Shown here piece after piece: positions 27,901-38,870 of a stretch of DNA of 64,000 nucleotides. Where the stretch lies: the NCBI RefSeq assembly GCF_964355755.1, contig NC_092676.1, positions 127,588-191,587 on the forward strand, given 5' to 3'. The notes beneath the pieces were generated by a model. That model was not told the DNA's origin. It saw nothing but the letters and a program-made list of their open reading frames with translations, and ran no database searches. Origin of the DNA: Antedon mediterranea. Lineage: Eukaryota > Animalia > Echinodermata. A program made the position numbers and the translations under genes. The stretch's first letter is position 1. The number at the start of each line of letters is the position of its first letter.

Positions 27901-30736
27901 CCAGTAGGCCTACAAGTCATAATAAATAAATTGACTCAACTTCAGTTGCCCAGTAGGCCTACAAGTCATAATAAATAAATTGACTCAACTTCAGTTGCCC
28001 AGTAGGCCTACAAGTCATAATAAATAAATTGACTCAACTTCAGTTGCCCAGTAGGCCTACAAGTCATAATAAATAAACTGACTCAACTTTAGTTGCCCAG
28101 TAGGCCTACAAGTCATAATAAATGATATAAATAAACTGACTCAACTTCAGTAGGCCTACAAGTCATAATAAATAAATTGACTCAACTTCAGTAGGCCTAC
28201 AAGTCATAATAAATAAATTGACTCAACTTCAGTTGCCCAGTAGGCCTACAAGTCATAATAAATAAATTGACTCAACTTTAGTTGCCCAGTAGGCCTACAA
28301 GTCATAATAAATAAACTGACTCAACTTCAGTAGGCCTACAAGTCATAATAAATAAATTGACTCAACTTCAGTTGCCCAGTAGGCCTACAAGTCATAATAA
28401 ATAAACTGACTCAACTTCAGTAGGCCTACAAGTCATAATAAATAAATAAACTGACTCAACTTCAGTAGGCCTACAAGTCATAATAAATAAATTGACTCAA
28501 CTTCAGTTGCCCAGTAGGCCTACAAGTCATAATAAATAAATTGACTCAACTTCAGTTGCCCAGTAGGCCTACAAGTCATAATAAATAAACTGACTCAACT
28601 TTAGTTGCCCAGTAGGCCTACAAGTCATAATAAATGATATAAATAAACTGACTCAACTTCAGTAGGCCTACAAGTCATAATAAATAAATTGACTCAACTT
28701 CAGTTGCCCAGTAGGCCTACAAGTCATAATAAATAAATTGACTCAACTTCAGTTGCCCAGTAGGCCTACAAGTCATAATAAATAAACTGACTCAACTTCA
28801 GTAGGCCTACAAGTCATAATAAATAAATTGACTCAACTTCAGTTGCCCAGTAGGCCTACAAGTCATAATAAATAAACTGACTCAACTTCAGTAGGCCTAC
28901 AAGTCATAATAAATAAACTGACTCAACTTCAGTAGGCCTACAAGTCATAATAAATAAATTGACTCAACTTCAGTTGCCCAGTAGGCCTACAAGTCATAAT
29001 AAATAAATTGACTCAACTTCAGTTGCCCAGTAGGCCTACAAGTCATAATAAATAAATTGACTCAACTTCAGTTGCCCAGTAGGCCTACAAGTCATAATAA
29101 ATAAATTGACTCAACTTCAGTTGCCCAGTAGGCCTACAAGTCATAATAAATAAACTGACTCAACTTTAGTTGCCCAGTAGGCCTACAAGTCATAATAAAT
29201 GATATAAATAAACTGACTCAACTTCAGTAGGCCTACAAGTCATAATAAATAAATTGACTCAACTTCAGTTGCCCAGTAGGCCTACAAGTCATAATAAATA
29301 AATTGACTCAACTTCAGTTGCCCAGTAGGCCTACAAGTCATAATAAATAAATTGACTCAACTTCAGTTGCCCAGTAGGCCTACAAGTCATAATAAATAAA
29401 TTGACTCAACTTCAGTTGCCCAGTAGGCCTACAAGTCATAATAAATAAATTGACTCAACTTCAGTTGCCCAGTAGGCCTACAAGTCATAATAAATAAATT
29501 GACTCAACTTCAGTTGCCCAGTAGGCCTACAAGTCATAATAAATAAATTGACTCAACTTCAGTTGCCCAGTAGGCCTACAAGTCATAATAAATAAACTGA
29601 CTCAACTTTAGTTGCCCAGTAGGCCTACAAGTCATAATAAATGATATAAATAAACTGACTCAACTTCAGTAGGCCTACAAGTCATAATAAATAAATTGAC
29701 TCAACTTCAGTAGGCCTACAAGTCATAATAAATAAATTGACTCAACTTCAGTTGCCCAGTAGGCCTACAAGTCATAATAAATAAATTGACTCAACTTTAG
29801 TTGCCCAGTAGGCCTACAAGTCATAATAAATAAACTGACTCAACTTCAGTAGGCCTACAAGTCATAATAAATAAATTGACTCAACTTCAGTTGCCCAGTA
29901 GGCCTACAAGTCATAATAAATAAACTGACTCAACTTCAGTAGGCCTACAAGTCATAATAAATAAACTGACTCAACTTCAGTAGGCCTACAAGTCATAATA
30001 AATAAATTGACTCAACTTCAGTTGCCCAGTAGGCCTACAAGTCATAATAAATAAACTGACTCAACTTTAGTTGCCCAGTAGGCCTACAAGTCATAATAAA
30101 TGATATAAATAAACTGACTCAACTTCAGTTGCCCAGTAGGCCTTCAAGTCATAATAAATAATATAAATAAACTGACTCAAATTCAGTTGCCCAGTAGGCC
30201 TACAAGTCATAATAAATAATATAAATAAACTGACTCAACTTCAGTAGGCCTACAAGTCATAATAAATAAATTGACTCAACTTCAGTTGCCCAGTAGGCCT
30301 ACAAGTCATAATAAATAAACTGACTCAACTTTAGTTGCCCAGTAGGCCTACAAGTCATAATAAATAATATAAATAAACTGACTCAACTTCAGTTGCCCAG
30401 TAGGCCTTCAAGTCATAATAAATAATATAAATAAACTGACTCAACTTCAGTTGCCCAGTAGGCCTACAAGTCACAATAAATAATATAAATAAACTGACTC
30501 AACTTCAGTTGCCCACTAGGCCTACAAGTCATAATAAATAATATAAATAAACTGACTCAACGAGTCATAATAAATAGTATAAAAACCTTTGGATTAACCC
30601 CAAACATGAGTCCAGTTTAGTGATGATGATGATAATAATGAGACTATAGGTCTGAATGCTATCAACTTTCCTATTATTTTTCTTAACCCTATTTCTCAGT
30701 TGGATATTTTATGAAATTTGGAAAACTTGTACATAG
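18933..30736 (+). CDS. SMS: Spermine synthase, 10 coding exons
   Basis: Exons 18933-18993, 22358-22475, 23261-23407, 23506-23681, 25613-25767, 25935-26024, 26143-26254, 26374-26453, 26562-26677 and 30700-30736 all join in phase. Motifs: [105 protein letters not shown]. Confidence 0.95.
19117..21979. mobile_element. Non-autonomous DNA transposon with ~100-150-bp TIRs and an 8-9-bp TSD, in SMS intron 1
   Basis: Left TGAAATCGGTCGCGATAAAATCAACTTCCGGTATTTTGTATGGCG.. is inverted at 21895-21971. (C)GAACTTAG flanks both ends (19108-19116 and 21979-21987). Confidence 0.8.
19305..20357 (+). mobile_element. ~1.05-kb non-autonomous DNA element (copy 1) nested in the previous element; left tip eroded
   Basis: CCGTAGCCAGG...CCTGGCTACGGGCCTG TIRs; collinear and similar to 61644-62708. 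Confidence 0.85.
22390..22851 (+). repeat. 231-bp tandem duplication covering the 3' part of SMS exon 2, its donor and the adjacent intron
   Basis: 22390-22620 is repeated at 22621-22851 with only a couple of substitutions seen (CAAGGG/CATGGG, CACGG/CATGG). Confidence 0.92.
23619..25331 (+). repeat. 74-bp tandem repeat derived from the end of SMS exon 4 plus its 5' splice site, ~11 units, interrupted by a MITE
   Basis: Unit AGAATATCCGGATAATGCACTCACCTCAATGTGGCAATGTACTTGTCCTTGATAGTGATGTCAGTAAGTAGCAT; the first unit is coding sequence. Confidence 0.95.
23965..24862. mobile_element. PIF/Harbinger-like non-autonomous element inserted into one 74-bp unit
   Basis: TIRs AGGCCTTTTCACACAGA / TCTGTGTGAAAGGGGCT, subterminal repeats GCAATATTGCGGTAA, and 3-bp TSD CTT (23962-23964, 24863-24865). 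The repeat unit resumes after the element. Superfamily inferred from TSD length. Confidence 0.8.
25768..25934 (+). other. U12-type AT-AC intron (SMS intron 5)
   Basis: 5' ATATCCTTT, branch-point-like TACTTAAC at 25915-25922, terminal AC. Removal gives ...MVE|IDQIVID in frame. Confidence 0.95.
26678..30699 (+). other. U12-type GT-AG intron (SMS last intron)
   Basis: 5' GTATCCTTT, branch point TTCTTAAC at 30680-30687, AG at 30698-30699. Removal gives [18 protein letters not shown]. Confidence 0.93.
26692..30575. repeat. Satellite of 41/50/59-bp unit variants (AAATAAATTGACTCAACTTCAG[TTGCCCAG]TAGGCCTACAAGTCATAAT), ~80 copies
   Basis: Tandem array filling the U12 intron; variant order recurs in blocks. 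Confidence 0.97.
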
Positions 30737-33700
30737 GTGGCAGCATCCAGAGATTCTATCAGAAACACTCTGTTTGATTGCTTTTTAATTTACAAAAACT
30801 TGTAGCATTCTTAGTTTAATTATGTATATTAATTGATTAGTATTTTTAAATGTCTCACTCATTCCATTCACAATTTAATTGTGTGAGATGCTGGAGACCA
30901 ACATTGGTGCAGATACACAAATGAGTTGCTGTAATAAAATTTTAAAACAAGACAATTGCAAGTTTCATTTTAAGTTAAAATAATATCATTAAAGTTCACA
31001 AAACGACCAGAATGCACTTGTCAATTGTATGACCCACTATATGACCCCTGGGAGAGATGATTGATTTTTTATATATATCATATATGTTAACACATCAGGC
31101 AAAGAACATGAATTCTAATGAATACTATGACGCACCCCTGCGTAAAAAAATGACGTACCTTAAGTAACTAATGACGCACCCATTTTGAAGAACAATTACT
31201 ATGTTGTTCATGATATGATGGGTGTTAAAATTAGTGACACACCATTTTTCGTTGGTGTGACGTACCCCTGCGTCAATAATTGTTTGTAAACGACGCACAA
31301 TTGACAAGTGCATAACGTTCAATTCAGATTTAAAACAAACAAAAAGAGGTGGTCAGACTAGACCTGAAACTACAAAACCCATCACTTCACAATGATTATT
31401 ATAAAATACTATTAATAATTATAGTAATTTGACCCAAACATGCATGCCTAAAAAAAGATGGATGGTACTGAAGGAAGTATCTAGGCCTATTTAAGTGCCC
31501 ACTTTTAAATATCATTTTTATGATTTTTAGGTCCTAAGACCACATTTTATGATTTAATGGAATGGTTTATACCATTTACAAGCGTAAAATCGTAAGCTTG
31601 TCCCAACATTTTGCGATCAATTTCAAAGTTACACTCGGAACGTGTACCAATAATGATGATGTACCAATTCAAACACAGTCTACAGACGCCCAGACAAATT
31701 CACAGGCCTAGTTCTACCCTGGGGCCATGCACAAAAATACATCCTAAGTCTGTGCATAAATAATGGAGGTCAATAACCTAACCATAGGCCCAGCCTCTAT
31801 ACCTAGCTAGATATAGTAGACTATAGTAGGCCCTAAATACTGTACTTTTAGCCTAGTCTAAACCTGTAACTATAGCCTAGGCCCTACAATACAAATATTA
31901 CTAAAAAAAATATAACATAGGCCTAGGCTAGGACTACTTAGTACTAGATACTCCTACCTAGAGACCTAAGACTACCTAGTACTTAGATTATGCCGGGTCC
32001 TAGCCTAGAGGCCTGCTAGTCTAGCTAGGCGAAGGGTAAGCCTTGCTTGCATAAGTCCTTGGCCATGGATTTGGAAACTAAAACCAGGCCTAGGCTAGGC
32101 TAGGCAGAGAGAGTGATACACAGTGTATGAAAAAATGTGTTTATTTTTTCTTACCTCTTTCGTAATCTCGTTAGTTTAAAATAACTTATTTATGTTTGAA
32201 ATTGCCATCATCTATTCATAGAATAAACTTATCCCACCTTTATTTAGTATTTAGTTCCATCGATCGACGATAGTTCTGCTAAAAAAAACTGGACTGGCGC
32301 GCGAAACAAAACTTTTCTTCAGCACACGTGTCGTGTCACAAAACGAAAGGACACGTCATACACAGACGCACACTCATTGGGTGAATGTGCGCGCTACTAC
32401 GGAAGCCCATTCGGGCCACAAGTTAACTATATTTAAAAGCTGTTATCTGGCGGTCGCCACTTAATTATCTGGCGGCCGCCACTTAATAATTAAATGTCCC
32501 ATTGGATCAGAGGCGATGTTGCATGCAAAAGGCAGGCAATGCAATCATGATAATTTAAATCGTTCAACATAGGACAACGCCAGCAATGTAGATATTAATA
32601 TCGAAACGCCGAACATTTATAGCTATCCTACCTGATGAACTTAACAATGAACTAAACATCGATATACATCCTCGAGCTCCAAAGCGACAAACAAAACACC
32701 GAAGAGGAGGTAGAAAGAAAACGAAAAATATACCTGTAGATAAAAATAACCTAAATATATGTTTTAATAATATTAACTGCTTAAGCAAACATAGGATTTA
32801 TGAAATTGAAAAGTTTATATATAGTAAGAGTATTGAACTTGGTATTGCTGAAACACACTTAAAAGAGAGCAACGCAATCTCTATTAAAGGTTATAACTTG
32901 GTTGGGAAAGAACGTAACGGGAAGAAGGGGGGTGGTATTGGGTTATTCCTATCAGACAAAATAGTGGTTACATCTGAAAATGTTTTAAACTGTATAGATG
33001 ATGATTTTGAAAGATTATGGGTAAAAGTTAGCGTAGATAAGGTACCATTATATATTTGTGTTGCATACTTCCCGGTCCAGGGAGTAAACAATGATTTGAC
33101 TGACGATCTATACGCCCAACTGCTCTCTGAAATAATTAGAATTGAAGAGAAGGAAATGAATCCTCTTATTCTACTTCTAGGTGATTTTAACGCACGGATT
33201 GGTGACTCCATATATAACGGAGACCCGGCCCGTAATAAACTCAAATGGAGAAAGGCTAATACAATTTACTAAAAACGCTAATTTAACTAACCTTAATAGT
33301 ACTATTTTTTGTGAAGGTAAAATAACATGGCAAAGAAATAATCAACAAAGCACGATAGACTACATGTTATGCTCAAAATCCTTAATAAATTATGTAAATA
33401 AACTAATTATTGATGAGCATAGACAATTTAGTTTTGGGAGTGACCATTGTGTGTTATGGTTAACACTAAATAATCTTAACATAAGTAATCAACAGACAAG
33501 TAAGTAATCAAAATAAACCAATTTGGGATATTAAACATAACCAAGATTATTCCTTTTATCAACAAAAAGTTGAAGAAAAATGTAATGACTGGAATGTTAG
33601 TAACGAAAAGAATATCGATACTACATGGGATTTGTGGAAGGAAAAAATTATCGAGGCAGTCACTGAAGGTATCGGAATTAGACGTGTAAATAATAAAAAC

Positions 33701-33998
33701 AAACCGTGGTTTGACAAAGAGATAGACGATGCCATCAAAAAAAGGAAAATTGCGTCGCGAGAACACAGAACATGGGTTAAAAATAATAAAATTACTAATA
33801 GGAACTGTACTGATAATAATAACACAAATAATACTATGAATTATGATAATGGCGTTACACTGTGGGAACATTATAAAGAGACACAGAAACATGTTAAGCA
33901 ACTTGTTGCTCAGAAAATCACAGAAAAACGTGTTAGCAAATCTATTGAAATTGCAAACAAAGGTGGTAAATCTTGTAAAGACTTTTGGAAAGTGCTAT

Positions 33999-34586
33999 TA
34001 ACGCGCCATTTGGAGCTGGAGACGCTCTAGTTTATCTATATCTATTCTACTTAAAGAGCACCATACTGAACAACCATAGTTGATAGATGGGAGAACTATC
34101 GATCTCCACAGAGTATCCCCATAATATACTCTGTTAAAGTTATCAAAGCTACTGATAATTGATTTAACGTACGCTATTAATCTTTGACCTTGCAGGAAAT
34201 TTTGCTAAGGAATGGAAATTATGCTTTAATTTTGAAAAGTCAAATATACTGATAACTGGTAAACGTGTTGATAAAGTAAGACAATGGAAATTAGGTAATG
34301 GCTTTATATCTGAAACTGAATCATATAAATATCTCGGTGTACATATTTCTCGTAAATTAAATGACCATATACAAATTGAGAATGTTATAAAAAAAGGTCA
34401 AAGATTAATAGCGTACGTTAAATCAATTATCAGTAGCTTTGATAACTTTAACAGAGTATATTATGGGGATACTCTGTGGAGATCGATAGTTCTCCCATCT
34501 ATCAACTATGGTTGTTCAGTATGGTGCTCTTTAAGTAGAATAGATATAGATAAACTAGAGCGTCTCCAGCTCCAAATGGCGCGTTA
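33999..34586. repeat. 193-bp inverted duplication (33999-34191 vs 34394-34586) within the LINE
   Basis: TAACGCGCCATTTGGAGCTGGAGACGCTCTAG...TCTTTGACCTT is the reverse complement of AAGGTCAAAGA...CTAGAGCGTCTCCAGCTCCAAATGGCGCGTTA. Confidence 0.92.
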
Positions 34587-34685
34587 TATCTTAAAAGCAC
34601 CTCGAAATACACCTTGTGCCGCCTTATATGGAGAGCTTGGTTGGTCTCCAATTAAGGAGATTCATAACGCTCTTCGTATGACTCA

Positions 34686-37600
34686 TACATAGATCAGTTA
34701 ACGCCATAAAAATAGCCAAGTTGTGCACTTTATTACCAAAGCATGAAACTTTCCACAAAGTTTCTTTGATGTATATAGATTCAAAATATTGGGGGGTGCC
34801 AAGTGTCCAACGTCCGGTATGGCGGCCATCTTGATTTCAAAATGGCCACCATAAAAACAAAAAGTGTTCATATCTTGGCAACTATAAACAGTAGAGACTT
34901 GATTCTGGTGTTAAATTGTTCACAAACCACATATTTCTATTTGCTCTAATGAAAAGTTTCGTCCAAAAATGACCGGAAATGACGTTTCTTCCAGTTTGAC
35001 CTTTGACCTCTTATCTGTATATTTCAGTAACTACTGATCATTTTCAATCGATTTTGGTGTCATTTTGTTCAGAATAAAGACATTTATATTTGTAGTAATG
35101 AAACATTTTCACATAAAATGACTGGAAATACAATTTATAACCTTTGACATATATAATTATGTGAAAATACTGTATGTGGTTAAATTTGTATAAATGCACC
35201 TAATTCTGAATTTTTAACTTTTGATGTGATAGGATAGGCATAAAGTATGACAGATCACTGAGCTCATCTATGCCGACATGATTGCTAAACTGTGATGTGT
35301 CAATCGTTTTTTCGTTGAATCTAAAAAAATGTACTCCATTTTTATGGTAATGGGCCTTTGCTGTAAACCTTTCATCTGAATCCTTTTCCTCGATTTTCTC
35401 TAGTCATTGATTTTTTAGCAAAATCCGAACTAAATCAATTCGTAAAAGACATCTCAATATAATTATTCAAGTAATCCTCAAATTAGTGACATGGACCTAC
35501 AATATACTGTTCTGTACAAGACCTGTTTAGGCATCCACCTGTGGACTTTCACTTTAAAGGTCTTGGTTTCCTAATCATACAAGAAACAATGTCTAATTTA
35601 ATCAATCAAAGTAGTGGGTCCAGACAAAGAAGGGGGTGTAAGACCATCCACAGACAAAGAAGGGGGTGTAAGACCATCCACAGACAAAGAAGGGGTTGTA
35701 AGACCATCCACATACAAAGAAGAGGGTATAAGACCATCCACAGACAAAAAAGGGGGTGTAAGACCATCCACAGACAAAGTAGGGGTGTAAGACCATCCAC
35801 ACACAAAGAAGGAGGTATAAGACCATCCACAGACAAAGAAAGGGGTGTAAGGCCATCTACAGACAAAGAAGGGGATGTAGGACCGTCCACAGACAAAGAA
35901 GGGGGTATAAGACCATCCACTGACAAAAAAAGGGCATAGGACCATCCACAGACAAAGAAGGGGGCGTAGGACCGTCCACAGACAAAGAAGGGGGTGCAAG
36001 ACCATCCACTGACAAAGAAAGGGATATAGGACCACTTACAGACAAAGAAGAGGGTATAAGACCATCCCCAGACAAATAAGGGGTGTATAGGACCATCCAC
36101 AGACAAAGAAGAGGGTGTAGGACCATCCACATACAAAGAAGGGGAGAAGACCATCCACAGACAAAGAAGGGGATATAAGACCATCCACAGACAAAGAAGG
36201 GGTTATAAGACCATCCACAGACAAAGAAATAAGACCATCCACAGACAAAGAAGGGGGTGTAAGACCATCCACAGACAAATTAAAGGAGTGCAAGACCATC
36301 CATACACAAAGGGGTGTATAAGACCATCCACATACAAAAAAGGGGTGTAATACCATCAACGGACAAAGAAAGGGGTGTAATACCATCAACAGACAAAGAA
36401 GGGGGTATAAGATCACCCACAGGCACAGAAGGGGTATAAAACCGTCCACAGAAAAAGAAAGGGGTGTAAGACCATCCACAGACAAAGAAGGGGGTGTAGA
36501 ACCGTCCACAGACAAAGAAGGGGGTGTAAGACCATCCACCACTGACAAAGAAAGGGGTATAGGACCACTTACAGACAAAGAAGGGGTATAAGACCATCCA
36601 CAGACAAATTAAAGGAGTGCAAGACCAGCCATACACAAAGAAAAGGGTGTATAAGACCATCCACATACAAAAAAATGGTGTAATACCATCAACGGACAAA
36701 GAAAGGGGTGTAATACCATCAACAGACAAAGAAGGGGGTATAAGATCACCCACAGCCACAGAAGGGGGTATAAGACCGTCCACAGAAAAAGAAAGGGGTG
36801 TAAGACCATCCACAGACAAAGAAGGGGGTGTAGAACCGTCCACTGACAAAGAAAGGGGTATAGGACCACTTACAGACAAAGAAGGGGTATAAGACCATCC
36901 ACAGACAAAAAAGGAGGTGTAGGACCATCGGACCATCCACAGACAAAGAAGGGGATGTAAGACCACCCACAGACAAAGAAAGGGGTGTAGAACCGTCCAC
37001 AGACAAAGAAGGGGGTGTAAGACCATCCACCACTGACAAAGAAAGGGGTATAGGACCACTTACAGACAAAGAAGGGGTATAAGACCATCCACAGACAAAT
37101 TAAAGGAGTGCAAGACCAGCCATACACAAAGAAAAGGGTGTATAAGACCATCCACATACAAAAAAATGGTGTAATACCATCAACGGACAAAGAAAGGGGT
37201 GTAATACCATCAACAGACAAAGAAGGGGGTATAAGATCACCCACAGCCACAGAAGGGGGTATAAGACCGTCCACAGAAAAAGAAAGGGGTGTAAGACCAT
37301 CCACAGACAAAGAAGGGGGTGTAGAACCGTCCACTGACAAAGAAAGGGGTATAGGACCACTTACAGACAAAGAAGGGGTATAAGACCATCCACAGACAAA
37401 AAAGGAGGTGTAGGACCATCGGACCATCCACAGACAAAGAAGGGGATGTAAGACCACCCACAGACAAAGAAAGGATGTAAGACCATCCACATACAAAGAA
37501 GGGATTATAAGACCATCTACAGACAAAGACAGGGGTGTAAGACCATCCACACACAAAGAAAGGGGTTTAATACCATCAACAGACAAAGAAAGGGGTGTAA

Positions 37601-38870
37601 TACCATCAACAGACACAGAAGGAGGTATAAGACCATCTACAGACAAAGAAAAGGGTATAAGACCGTCCACAGACAAAGAAAGGGGTGTAAGACCATCCAC
37701 AGACAAAGAAGGGTGCATAAGACTATCCACAGACAAAGAAGGGGGTGTAGGACCATCCACAGAAAAAGAAGGGGTGTAGGACCATCCACAGACAAAGAAG
37801 GGAGTGTAGGACCATCCACAGACAAAGAAGGGGTGTAAGACCATCTACAGACACAGAAGCGGGTAAAGACCATCCACAGACAAAGAATGGGGTATAAGAT
37901 CATCTACAGCCAAAGAAGGAGGGTTAGGACCATATTAACCGAGGAAGCATACAAAAATAAGATGCAATCAAAATAGGCCTACCACTTGGAAAACAATAAA
38001 TTGTAGAATAACTGTGGCTTAATTGTTGAAATAGAAAGGGTTCTTTGTAAGGTCATTAATAATATATTGATATAAATACGATCATCATACTAGTATTCAT
38101 TTGACAATCAAATACAGTCTGTCTCGAAAAGAAGCTCATACTATCACCTTTTCGAGGTTTTACGGTATTCAATAACATGTATGTTATTTCCTCTGTCAAA
38201 CTATTAACACTTTTAGCGAATCAGAAGGTGCCAACATCATTGAACTAATGGTACCACCAAGCACAATGTTTACCAATTTTATGTACTATATACAATTTAA
38301 GTCCATTAATCATTTAATATAATTACGCCTATCAGGTTGAAGTTCAAAATTAGGTGCACTTTAGACCAACAAAAACCACCTACAGTATATTCACATAATT
38401 AAAAATCAATAAATTAATGTCAAAGGTCATAAATTGTATTTCCGGTCATTTTATGTGAAAATGTTTCATTACTACAAATATAAATGTATTTATTCTGAAC
38501 AAAATGACACCAAAATCGATTGAAAATGACCAGTAGTTACAGAGATATACAAATACGGGGTCAAAGGTCAAACTGTAAGAAACGTCATTTCCGGTCATTT
38601 TTGGATGAAACTTTTCATTAGAGCAAATAGAAATATATAGTTTGTGAACAATTTGAGACCAGAATTAAGTCTCTAATGTGTATAGTTGCCAAGATGTGAA
38701 CATTTTTTGTTTTTATGGTGGCCATTTTGAAATCAAGATGGCCGCCATACCGGACGTTGGACACTTGGCACCCCCCGATATTTTGAATCTATATACATCA
38801 AAGAAACTTTGTGCCAAGTTTCATGCTTTGGTAATAAAATGCACAACTCATGTCATTAACTGCTCTACTA
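34686..38870. mobile_element. Non-autonomous DNA transposon with ~500-bp TIRs and 3-bp TSD (Academ-like), inserted in the LINE
   Basis: 34690-35220 is inverted at 38340-38870; right end ..GCTCTACTA; TSD TCA (34683-34685, 38871-38873). Removing the element and one TSD restores the LINE frame (HNALRM-TQYFHRIIKMENYRWP). Confidence 0.85.
35620..37935. repeat. ~33-bp purine-rich minisatellite (GACCATCCACAGACAAAGAAGGGGGTGTAA-like) with a 491-bp higher-order duplication
   Basis: Tandem units; identical ORFs at 36617 and 37108 show the 491-bp period. Confidence 0.95.

Noticed and set aside
31125-32430. TGACGCACCCCTGCGT repeats and CTAG/GGCC-rich tract as a distinct element
   Set aside because: Probably a transposon remnant, but no matching terminus or TSD could be found, so it is not called.
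35541-37903. Many overlapping ORFs on both strands
   Set aside because: Translations of the 33-bp minisatellite with frequent frame slips; no domain.
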